This document shows, one piece after another, positions 36,660 to 45,075 of a stretch of 64,000 bases of DNA; positions within the stretch are counted from its first letter, which is position 1; each line of letters begins with the position of its first letter. Source of the DNA: Phycisphaerae bacterium. Lineage in GTDB: Bacteria > Planctomycetota > Phycisphaerae > UBA1845. The position numbers and the translations under genes were made by a program. The notes beneath the pieces are model-generated. The model was not told the origin of the DNA. It ran no database searches and saw only the letters and a program-made list of their open reading frames with translations. Location of the stretch: positions 1,920,001 to 1,984,000 of the forward strand of contig CAXXGO010000006.1 in assembly GCA_963666835.2 (NCBI GenBank), written 5' to 3'.

Positions 36660-39138
36660 GTGCGACGGTAACCGTTCGATCCTCCGCAAGGGTGAAGTCT
36701 TCGAGGCAGCGCCTGCTGCGGTCCAGGTTATAGTGGCGGGTGCGGGCGAACTCGACGGCGAAGGCTCCCTCCATAGAAGCCAACACACTGAAGATGGCCA
36801 TGCCGGCGTGAACGCTCGCGAAGTCCTTGGCCAATACCATAATGGCCAACCCCGCGCCGGACAGAACAGCCAGCAGCACCATTACTGCACGACGATTCTT
36901 GGTCGAACCTAGAATCGGGTGAGTGACCAACCGGATCGGCAGCCAGCATCCGAAAGCCGCCAGCAGGACGATTGCCAGGAAAGTCCCGGTGGCCAACGGG
37001 GACACGGAGCCCATCGAGGCACGCCCCAACAGGTTGGCGATGGCATCGGCGAGCAGATAGCAGCCGGGCACATCGTCGATGATGGTCGTGCCGTATTTTA
37101 CGCGATGCCGGTCGACAATGAAGCTGGTACGAGTCGTCCGGAAGTCTCCGACCACAATAAGCTTGTCTGCCGTGAGCCGCCGCAGTTCCTCTTTGCTGCA
37201 TGTTAGAACAGTGTGGTAGGGTATCGTTCGGCGTTGCCATTCCGACGGCTTTTCCAGCAGGAAGGCACTGCTGGCGAGTTCATTCTCCGGGGCGTGGGCA
37301 GCTTTGGCTCTCGGGTGGAATCGTTTGGTCAACTTCACTCGATCGCGTTGCCGCGCGAAGGCGCCCGGTTGAAGTTCGTACAGTACGTCGATCCACATGT
37401 CGTCTTCGGACTCGGGCCAGTCGACGTCCAGACGGGCTTGGGGATATTGCACGGCGGCGAATGTGACGAGGGCGACACTGGGTGTGATTTCGCCGGAAAC
37501 CCGTTTTGCGGCGATGATGAACTCGCCGGGTCGCTTGACCATGTCACGCGCATCGATGGTCCCGTGGCGTAGGCGCGGACCCAACGCTTCCACAATGGCG
37601 GGACTGAGTTTCGGTTTGTTCTGCTCGTCATAGTCATACGCCGCTACGATTACGGGAACGCCTGCGTCTTCCAGAGCGACAATCCCGGCGGCAAGTCCTG
37701 CGTCGGCCGGTCGCGGACTGGCGAAATAGTAATCCCATACCACCGCCTGCGGACGCGTTTCGACCAGACGCTTGAGCAGGTGCCCGTGGACGGCTCGCCA
37801 GGTGGGTACGTGCGCCGTTACCCCGTCCAGTCCATGTTCTTCGGCGAAGCGCAGCACGGATTCGATTGTCTCGTCGAATACTCCTACGATTAGCATCTTG
37901 TCGCGCGCTCGGGCGGTATCGACGATTGATGGCGCGGCTCCGTGGTGATTCCAGAGGTTGCCGCTGCTGCGGTACCAGCCGGCGCTGAATACATGGGCAG
38001 TTGTCCACAGAATGATTATGACCGCGGCGATTATCGATGCCGAGAACACCCATCGTGAGCGCATTGCCGCTCCCACCGCGACGCGTTTTACGTGATGCCA
38101 TACGCCAAGCGGTCGGGTCTTGATCCGTCCGCCGTTACAATATCGCTCGAGGTCGTCGGCGAGTTCGGCCGCGGACTGGATCCGGCGGTCGGGTTCCCAG
38201 GCGAGGGTCCGCTCCAGGAGCACTTCGAGGTCTCTTCCGCGGGGGACGTTCCCGAGGCGGGGGCGGTTCGGTAGCTCTCGGCGGATGCGGTCGAGCAGTG
38301 CTTCGTGGGCCAGTTTGTCGCCCGTAGGCTCCTGAGAATACGGGTAGCCGCCGTCGGTAACGATCTCGTGGAGCATGATCCCCAAAGCCCACGTATCGCT
38401 GCGATGATCGGCGGGACTGGCCACGCCGCCGCCCCAGGCTTGTTCGGGGGACATGTACTTCAGTGTCCCAATCACGTCACCGGTGTTGGTCAGAGTGTGC
38501 GGATCGCAACTGCTCCATTCCGTAGGGGCGACCGAGCAGATTCCGAAGTCGAGGATGTGCGGTTCGCCGTTACGATCGATCAGGATATTGCGTGGTTTAA
38601 GATCGCGGTGGGCTACGCCCTCGGCGTGGGCGTCGGCTACCGCCCGGCACACCCGCTGGAACACGGACAGCCTCTCGGTCAGACCGGGAGGACGCGACGC
38701 TAAGTACGTGTCGAGATGCTCTCCTTGGATCAACTCCATGGTGTAGTACGGCATGTCGCCGGCCGTGCCGGACTCCAGGCACTTTACGATTCGAGGGGAG
38801 TTGATTCTCTTCAGGACGGCGATCTCGCGCTCGAACCGACTTTTCTCCATGTCCGTGGCACAATACAGTACCTTGAGCGCCAACACTCGAGGAGAATCGG
38901 TCAGCTCCCAGACCTTATAGACTACGCCGAAACGTCCGCGACCGATTTCCTTGACCGCATGGCAATTGGGGATCCCGTGGACCAGGGACGGTCCGGCAAA
39001 CTCGAAGTAACGATCCCGGCAGGTCCGACAGCCGGTGAGATGATTGTCCAGCCGAGTGCCTTCCTCGTCGCTCAAGCCGTGGCGGGCGTGATCTTCAAGG
39101 GTCGCCGGATCCGGACAGCCGCGGTCAGTCTCTGTCAT
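36646..39138 (-). CDS. Ser/Thr protein kinase with zf-HC2 motif and CHASE2-like sensor domain
   Basis: HLTGCRTC; GRGRFGVVYK, HRDLKPRN, DFG, YMSPEQ; TM, WR..HG.LL.RL....P.AV.WDYYF, DKLIVVG, PGCYLLA.AI, three C-terminal TMs. Confidence 0.88.
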   Translation of the reverse strand: MTETDRGCPDPATLEDHARHGLSDEEGTRLDNHLTGCRTCRDRYFEFAGPSLVHGIPNCHAVKEIGRGRFGVVYKVWELTDSPRVLALKVLYCATDMEKSRFEREIAVLKRINSPRIVKCLESGTAGDMPYYTMELIQGEHLDTYLASRPPGLTERLSVFQRVCRAVADAHAEGVAHRDLKPRNILIDRNGEPHILDFGICSVAPTEWSSCDPHTLTNTGDVIGTLKYMSPEQAWGGGVASPADHRSDTWALGIMLHEIVTDGGYPYSQEPTGDKLAHEALLDRIRRELPNRPRLGNVPRGRDLEVLLERTLAWEPDRRIQSAAELADDLERYCNGGRIKTRPLGVWHHVKRVAVGAAMRSRWVFSASIIAAVIIILWTTAHVFSAGWYRSSGNLWNHHGAAPSIVDTARARDKMLIVGVFDETIESVLRFAEEHGLDGVTAHVPTWRAVHGHLLKRLVETRPQAVVWDYYFASPRPADAGLAAGIVALEDAGVPVIVAAYDYDEQNKPKLSPAIVEALGPRLRHGTIDARDMVKRPGEFIIAAKRVSGEITPSVALVTFAAVQYPQARLDVDWPESEDDMWIDVLYELQPGAFARQRDRVKLTKRFHPRAKAAHAPENELASSAFLLEKPSEWQRRTIPYHTVLTCSKEELRRLTADKLIVVGDFRTTRTSFIVDRHRVKYGTTIIDDVPGCYLLADAIANLLGRASMGSVSPLATGTFLAIVLLAAFGCWLPIRLVTHPILGSTKNRRAVMVLLAVLSGAGLAIMVLAKDFASVHAGMAIFSVLASMEGAFAVEFARTRHYNLDRSRRCLEDFTLAEDRTVTVAPRRS

Positions 39139-39425
39139 GACGTTTTCGCCGTTTGTCCCCTTGGTCCGCGTGGCGTCGTGCAGGTTCCCGCCTGATATCC
39201 GGCATCAATCCGGAGTTATCAGTATCGGAATCGTCTGTTGCCGGCGCTCAACCCAATCGGTGGACTAAGGCCAATGCCCCATGGGGATGCCGCTATGCCG
39301 GCCCAACGACGCGCCGGTCGGTGTCCAGTGAGCCGCGGTATGTCGATCGAGGCTGAAGGTTGTGGGCTGAAGCGAGGTACGTACTCCTGAGGTTAGCGAC
39401 ATACTCCGTCGTACGGTTTTGCGCA

Positions 39426-40562
39426 TTACTCGGCGGAGGAACCGCCGGCGTTGATTACGCAGGCCGGAGACGAGCAGACTCCGAGATAGTCCACGGATTG
39501 GCCTGCCATGTGGGCGAAACAGGCGTTGGCATACGTTTGGCCGTCGCATCCGCACGCGGGGTCGTAGATCTCCGCACAGTCCTGCGGACGAGGTTGGCAA
39601 TGCCCGGTCTCGGCAGCGCAGACGTGAAACAGGCAGAAGGACGCCGAATCGCAGTCATCGTTGGACCAACAGGCGGGCGGGCGGCATTCACCCGCGTAGT
39701 CGACGCTTACACCCCCTGCGGCCGCAACGCACTCATTTGCGTAGGTCTCACCGTCGCACCCGCAAACCGGATCCCACAGCGTCGGGCATACTGTCGGACG
39801 GGCTCGGCATTTGCCTTGCCCCTGGCAGTCACCGTTGGCTTTTTTGCAGAACTCCTCCACAGGGCATTCATCGTTCTCGTCGCAGGCCCCCATGCATGCA
39901 CCATCGTAGTCCACGGTTTGACCCGCCATCGCGGCGAAGCAGGCATTAACGTACGTCCGGCCGTTGCATCCGCACACGGGATCCAGTACCTCGGGACAGG
40001 CGTCCGGACGCGGCAGACACACCCCGGTCTCGGCAGCGCAGCCCCGGAACAGGCAGTAGTCATCCTCGGGGCAATCTGAGTTTGACCAACAACGGAGCGT
40101 GTGGCACTCGCCGGCGTAGGCGACGCTGACCCCCACCATCGCCGCGTCGCAATCGTTGCTGTGGGTCTGACCGTCGCACCCGCACACGGGATCCCATACG
40201 TCCGGGCAGCCAAGGGGACGCGGGTTGCACAAGCCCTCCTCGGTGCACTGACCGTCGATCTTCGTACAGTATTCACTGCGGTCGCAGTCGGTGTTCTCCA
40301 TGCATGGAACGCAGAACGTTAGTGGTCCGGTCATGCTGGCTTGGAGCAACGCGAAGTCCTCCAGGTCGACGTCGCAATCGCCGTCCGCATCGCTAAGAGG
40401 CCTGCCGTTGCTATCAACCGGTACGCCGGCAGGCGTATCGCAGCACACGTCCAACCAGTCGGCGACGCCGTCACAGTCAGAGTCGTAAACGGCCGCGTGT
40501 GCATCCGCTGCTGTCCACGCCAGAGTGAGTGTACTAAACGCTAGTAGTACTTGCTTGAACAT
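39426..40562 (-). CDS. Secreted Cys-rich protein: TSP3-like and dockerin-like Ca-binding motifs plus four Kazal-type domains
   Basis: Signal peptide; DSDCDGVADWLDVC; DADGDCDVDLEDFALLQ; 4x C....DP.CGC(D/N)G.T..N.C.A...G..V.Y.G.C. Confidence 0.82.
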   Translation of the reverse strand: MFKQVLLAFSTLTLAWTAADAHAAVYDSDCDGVADWLDVCCDTPAGVPVDSNGRPLSDADGDCDVDLEDFALLQASMTGPLTFCVPCMENTDCDRSEYCTKIDGQCTEEGLCNPRPLGCPDVWDPVCGCDGQTHSNDCDAAMVGVSVAYAGECHTLRCWSNSDCPEDDYCLFRGCAAETGVCLPRPDACPEVLDPVCGCNGRTYVNACFAAMAGQTVDYDGACMGACDENDECPVEEFCKKANGDCQGQGKCRARPTVCPTLWDPVCGCDGETYANECVAAAGGVSVDYAGECRPPACWSNDDCDSASFCLFHVCAAETGHCQPRPQDCAEIYDPACGCDGQTYANACFAHMAGQSVDYLGVCSSPACVINAGGSSAE

Positions 40563-41021
40563 CGAGATGCCTCCTCTCGATCAGATGCGTGTTTCGTGAA
40601 CCGGGCTGCCCCAACGCCCCCTGGACCACGCCGCATTGTACCAGACTCCAGTTGTCCATCGAAACAGGAATCTACTGTGAAGTAGGAATATGTTGAGTGG
40701 GGGTGTTGCGGTGTGCGTAATGGGTTCACATCTGCTGCCAATGCAGCTCCGGTGGTGGTTTCCGCTACGCTACTATAGCCGACGTGCTGCAAGGCTTTGG
40801 GGCGGCGACGGCCGGCCTCCTCGCGGTATCGTTGGCGGCGGTGCCGGGATCAAATCGACGGAGTTAATGGGCGATGGTATCCTGCACCGCAGGGACGTGG
40901 TCTGAACGTCGTTCAACACATAAACACCCCCCGGTTGCGAAGTGCGGCCGGGGGCGATTCTTATGCCGTCCGCCTTTGGAGGCTGGGGGGCCGGAGCATT
41001 CTTGGAATTGGAGATTACGAA

Positions 41022-41963
41022 ATGCGTTGCAGGATACTGATCGGCCTTATGGTGGCGGGAGTTGTCGCGGTTACCGCGCCGGCGATGGCCGGCTCTGCTG
41101 AAGACGCGGCAAAGGCGTTTGCGGAAGGGAAGGAGCTGCTGGCGAAGGGCGATTTCGCCGGGGCTTCTCAGGCGTTCAAGCGGGCTACCAAGGACGATCC
41201 GGAGAACGTGGAGTACCGGCAGAGCTTCGCGATGCTCCGGCAGGTTGTGCGTTTGCGCGAGCAATTGGAGACCGAGGCGGATTCGTCGCGGTGGACGGCC
41301 ATGGCCACGGCGCTCCGCAGCTTCTATCACGCCCAGGGGATTCATACGGAATCGTTGGTGCTGAATCGCAAGATGCACGAGCGGGCTCCTTCGGCCGAGA
41401 CAGCCTCCGCACTGGCCGAGAACCTGCTCACATTGGACATGGATTCTGAGGCGCTGGCGATTCTGCAGGGCGTCAAGACAGACCAAGTGACGGACCGGGT
41501 CAATGTGCTTCTGGCGATTGCGACAGCGCGGCAGGGCAAGGTCGACGAAGCGAAGCTGATCGTTCGGAAGGTATCGCCGGCGGACGATGCGGATCCGCAG
41601 TTGCTTAGTGAGTTCGCCCGCGCCCAGGCTTTGACCGGAAACAAGTCTGAGGCTTTGAAGGCCTTAGGTCGTTCGTTTGAGCAGACGCCTCCCGGCAGAC
41701 TCGCCGATGCCAAGGCTGAAGCCAAGGCCTCTAAGGACTTCCGTTCAATCGCAAATGATCCCAGCTTCGCTCGGGTGCTCGAGATAGACTCGAAGATCGC
41801 GGAGTCCAGTTGTAGCAAGGGCGCCAGTTGCGGCAGTTGCCCGAAACGGAAGAAGGCCGGCGGCTGTGGCGGATGCTCCAAGGCGAAGCAGGCCGAAGAC
41901 AGCAGCGCGGGGACCTGCCCCCACGCCAAGAAGAAGTCGTGCCCCCATGCCAGCGATGATTAG
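41022..41963 (+). CDS. Exported TPR protein with Cys-rich C-terminal tail
   Basis: GGAG RBS, signal peptide, TPR-like helices, CSKGASCGSCP...CGGC...CPH..CPH. Confidence 0.75.
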   Translation: MRCRILIGLMVAGVVAVTAPAMAGSAEDAAKAFAEGKELLAKGDFAGASQAFKRATKDDPENVEYRQSFAMLRQVVRLREQLETEADSSRWTAMATALRSFYHAQGIHTESLVLNRKMHERAPSAETASALAENLLTLDMDSEALAILQGVKTDQVTDRVNVLLAIATARQGKVDEAKLIVRKVSPADDADPQLLSEFARAQALTGNKSEALKALGRSFEQTPPGRLADAKAEAKASKDFRSIANDPSFARVLEIDSKIAESSCSKGASCGSCPKRKKAGGCGGCSKAKQAEDSSAGTCPHAKKKSCPHASDD

Positions 41964-41984
41964 GGTCAGGTTGGACGCGTACGC

Positions 41985-42180
41985 GGGCAGGCTGGAAGCC
42001 TGCGCTTCGTGAGTTGGTAGGGGCCGCTGTGCGGACCACGTTTGTGGCGAGATGTTCAAACACAAACGATTCGCACAGCGGCCCCAACCTGCTTACGCTA
42101 CGTGCGGGGCAGGCTGGAAGCCTGCGTCACGGGCGGCAAGATGCTCAGACAATAATGGTCCGTACAGCGGACCCTGCCTG
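41985..42180. repeat. REP cluster (GGCAGGCTGGAAGCCTGCG x2; GGTCCG/GCGGACC palindromes)
   Basis: Inverse copies of REPs seen at ~17668 and ~19150. Confidence 0.55.
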
Positions 42181-42214
42181 CTTTCTAATACCTCACAAGC
42201 ATTGAACGAATAGC

Positions 42215-43393
42215 ATGCGCAGTTTCTTTCAAGCCGTATTCCTTGCCATAACGTTGGTCGGAGTGTTCGTAGTCCAGGGCAACGCCGAACGCTGGTGCCC
42301 CTTCGGGGGAGTGGAAGCCCTGTACACGTACATTGCGGAAGGGAACATGACCTGTTCCCTGGCCGTGTCGAACTTTTATATTCTGGCGGCGGTTCTGGCG
42401 ATCACTCTGCTCCTGCGGCGGGCTTTCTGCGGATACATGTGCCCGATCGGGACTATATCCGATTGGCTCGGGCGTGGTGCGGCCGCGGTGGGGCTCAAAC
42501 CGCGAACGGTAAGGCCGGGCCTCGACAAGTGGCTGGGATTGCTCAAATACGCCGTGTTGTTCGTGGTCTTGTTCCTGACGTATCGAGCGTCGGAACTGAT
42601 CTTCAGGGGGTTCGACCCGTGTTATGCGCTGATTAGCCGGCATGGTGAGGACATCACGAAGTGGGCTTATGTGATTGCCGGGGCGATCGTGGTGGGGTCG
42701 CTTGTGGTGACGATGCCGTTTTGTCGGTGGCTCTGTCCGCTGGCCGCGGTGCTCAGCCCGTTCTCACGGTTCGGGCTGGTGCGGGTACGCCGTGATGCGG
42801 AAGCGTGCGTGGATTGTGGCAAATGCTCCGCCGCGTGCCCGATGGGAATCCCCGTGGATAGTGTCAAGGAAGTGACACAAGCCCGGTGTATGTCGTGTTT
42901 GGACTGCGTGGACGTCTGTCCACGCCGGGATGAAGGGGCGGTTACGTGGGGGCCGCCGAAGCGGTGGGGGAAACCGTGGTCCAAGGCGGCGCTGGCCGCC
43001 ATTCTGGTGGTCTGTACGACGGTGGCGGTGGTGGCGAGCTACGCCTTCCCGCTGCCTTCGTTTATCAAGACCCGGGGGACGGAACCGGCCGACACGGCGG
43101 TTGTGATGCTGAACGTGGAAGGAGTGACCTGTCGCGGTTCGTCGAATCTTCTGGTTTATTACCTCGAGCGCGACGACGTGTTCGCTCTGGTGGGGTACTT
43201 GAAGGTGGAGGCATGGCCTGGTCCGGGGTATGCTCCCGTTCACGTTACGTTCGACCCGTCGAGGTGCGATGAGGACATGATTCGACAGGCCGTCACGGAG
43301 CCGTACTACGACGCGCTGGCGGATGTCTGGCGCCCGTCACCGTTTGTTATCGCGGGATATGACGCGCTGGGATTGGATGACGACGGTTCTTGA
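42215..43393 (+). CDS. Membrane 4Fe-4S binding protein (NapH/MauN-like) with C-terminal HMA-like domain
   Basis: CPFGGVE, FCGYMCPIG, FCRWLCPLAA, CVDCGKCSAACP, CMSCLDCVDVCP; VEGVTCRGS. Confidence 0.85.
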   Translation: MRSFFQAVFLAITLVGVFVVQGNAERWCPFGGVEALYTYIAEGNMTCSLAVSNFYILAAVLAITLLLRRAFCGYMCPIGTISDWLGRGAAAVGLKPRTVRPGLDKWLGLLKYAVLFVVLFLTYRASELIFRGFDPCYALISRHGEDITKWAYVIAGAIVVGSLVVTMPFCRWLCPLAAVLSPFSRFGLVRVRRDAEACVDCGKCSAACPMGIPVDSVKEVTQARCMSCLDCVDVCPRRDEGAVTWGPPKRWGKPWSKAALAAILVVCTTVAVVASYAFPLPSFIKTRGTEPADTAVVMLNVEGVTCRGSSNLLVYYLERDDVFALVGYLKVEAWPGPGYAPVHVTFDPSRCDEDMIRQAVTEPYYDALADVWRPSPFVIAGYDALGLDDDGS

Positions 43394-43418
43394 GCGGTTT
43401 GACTCGTCCGGGTACAAT
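43390..43418 (+). promoter_or_regulatory. Putative sigma70 promoter
   Basis: TTGAGC-N17-TACAAT about 20 nt upstream of GTG 43440. Confidence 0.45.
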
Positions 43419-43439
43419 GACGAATCCGAGGCGTGTCAA

Positions 43440-43943
43440 GTGGATGATCCCGATCAGAAACCGCAGCCGCAACTGCGAAAGGCCGGGCGAATCAAGGACG
43501 CTCGTGGGCGGACGGTAACGCAAGTCGACCCGGTAGCGCTTAGCCTGTTGCGTCAATACGATACTATCGACGCCGACGCGCTCGCCGATATCACCAACGA
43601 GCCCGGCGTTGGAATCACCCGGTGGGAGCGCGCCGCACTGCTCGTCGGCGTCTGCGGGGCGGTGCTCGTAATAGGCTTGTTCGCGCACGCGCTGATTACC
43701 GGCGGTATAAACAACGCTCGATACGCCAAGTCGGTCGGCTTCATCTACCTTTGTTCGCTCCCGTGGATCATCTGGTTTGGCATCAAACGGAAACGCTTCG
43801 GCCATGTCGCGGCCGCAATGCTGCGTCACGTTCGATGCCCCCACTGTGGCTATGACATCCGCGAGCTTCCGGTTGACCCGTCCGACGGGGCGACGGTTTG
43901 TCCGGAGTGTGGGTGCGCTTGGAAGCTAAGGGATGTCCGATAA
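43440..43943 (+). CDS. Membrane protein with C-terminal zinc ribbon
   Basis: Two TM helices then CPHCGYDI...TVCPECG; start chosen downstream of the promoter. Confidence 0.72.
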   Translation: MDDPDQKPQPQLRKAGRIKDARGRTVTQVDPVALSLLRQYDTIDADALADITNEPGVGITRWERAALLVGVCGAVLVIGLFAHALITGGINNARYAKSVGFIYLCSLPWIIWFGIKRKRFGHVAAAMLRHVRCPHCGYDIRELPVDPSDGATVCPECGCAWKLRDVR

Positions 43944-44170
43944 CCCGCTCCGGGTGTTGGACGGGCCACTTCCGGGGCGCATGAACCGCGGTAGCTTGGG
44001 CCGAGGTTTGTGGGTCGCGTTCATTTCGGACCGTTCGGCAAAGATGGCGGGGCAAGTTTGCCTTGCTTGCCGACGCGGTCTTTAATACGTTCGGAGTGGG
44101 AGCGCGGGCGAGGTTCATTCACGACCGGCCGAACATATCGGGCTCGGCGCTCCTGCGAGGAGGGAAGAGG

Positions 44171-45058
44171 ATGCTGGCCGACAACATTATCGATTTGATC
44201 GGGAACACGCCGCTGCTGCGCATGAACGGGGAGCGGATCTTCGCCAAGGGTGAGTTTCTCAACCCGGGGGGCAGTATTAAGGATCGGGTGGCCATCGCCA
44301 TGCTCGAAGGAGCGGAACGCGACGGGCGGCTCAACCGCGATTCGATCATTGTGGAACCCACTTCCGGGAATACGGGAATCGGGGTGGCACTGATTGGTCG
44401 GATGAAGGGCTATCAGGTTCGGATTGTCATGCCGGAGGGGATGAGTGTCGAGCGGAAGAAGCTGATAAGGGCCACCGGCGCGGAGCTGATTCTGACTCCG
44501 GATGAGGAGAGTATCGGCGGGGCGGTGGAAGTAGTCCGGAAGTTGGCGGCGGCGGATCCGCGGGTCTTCGTTCCGCAGCAGTTCGAGAACCCCGATAATC
44601 CCAGGGCTCATTATGAGAACACCGGTCCGGAGATCTGGCATCAGATTCGCGGTAATGTGGACTGTTTCGTAGCCGGGGTCGGTAGCGGCGGGACCTTGCA
44701 GGGCGTGGGCAAGTTCCTGAAGGAGCACAATCCGCAGATCAGGATCGTGGCGGTTGAACCGAAGAACGTGTCGGCTCTACTCGGGCACGAGCCGGGCCTT
44801 CACCAGATTCAGGGCATCGGCGATGGTTTCGTTCCCGCGATCCTGGACGTTTCTCTGGTTGACGAGGTTATCGAGGTGACCGATGAAGACGCGATCGAGA
44901 CCACCCGGCAACTCGGGCGGGACTGCGGCTTGCTCGTCGGGATTTCCTCCGGGGCGAACGTCTGGGCCGCCCGCCAATTGGCTAAGCGCAACATCGGCAA
45001 CATCGTCACGGTACTTCCGGACCGGGCGGAGCGTTACTTCAGTACCGCTTTGCTGTAG
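44171..45058 (+). CDS. cysK: Cysteine synthase A
   Basis: IGNTPL, NPGGSIKDR (PLP Lys), EPTSGNTG, GVGSGGT, HQIQGIG, GISSGAN, ERYFST. Confidence 0.94.
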   Translation: MLADNIIDLIGNTPLLRMNGERIFAKGEFLNPGGSIKDRVAIAMLEGAERDGRLNRDSIIVEPTSGNTGIGVALIGRMKGYQVRIVMPEGMSVERKKLIRATGAELILTPDEESIGGAVEVVRKLAAADPRVFVPQQFENPDNPRAHYENTGPEIWHQIRGNVDCFVAGVGSGGTLQGVGKFLKEHNPQIRIVAVEPKNVSALLGHEPGLHQIQGIGDGFVPAILDVSLVDEVIEVTDEDAIETTRQLGRDCGLLVGISSGANVWAARQLAKRNIGNIVTVLPDRAERYFSTALL

Positions 45059-45075
45059 AGGCTCTACCGGGGCGG

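Noticed and set aside
42215..43393. Selenocysteine recoding in redox proteins
   Set aside because: No in-frame TGA at a Cys-equivalent position was found in these ORFs
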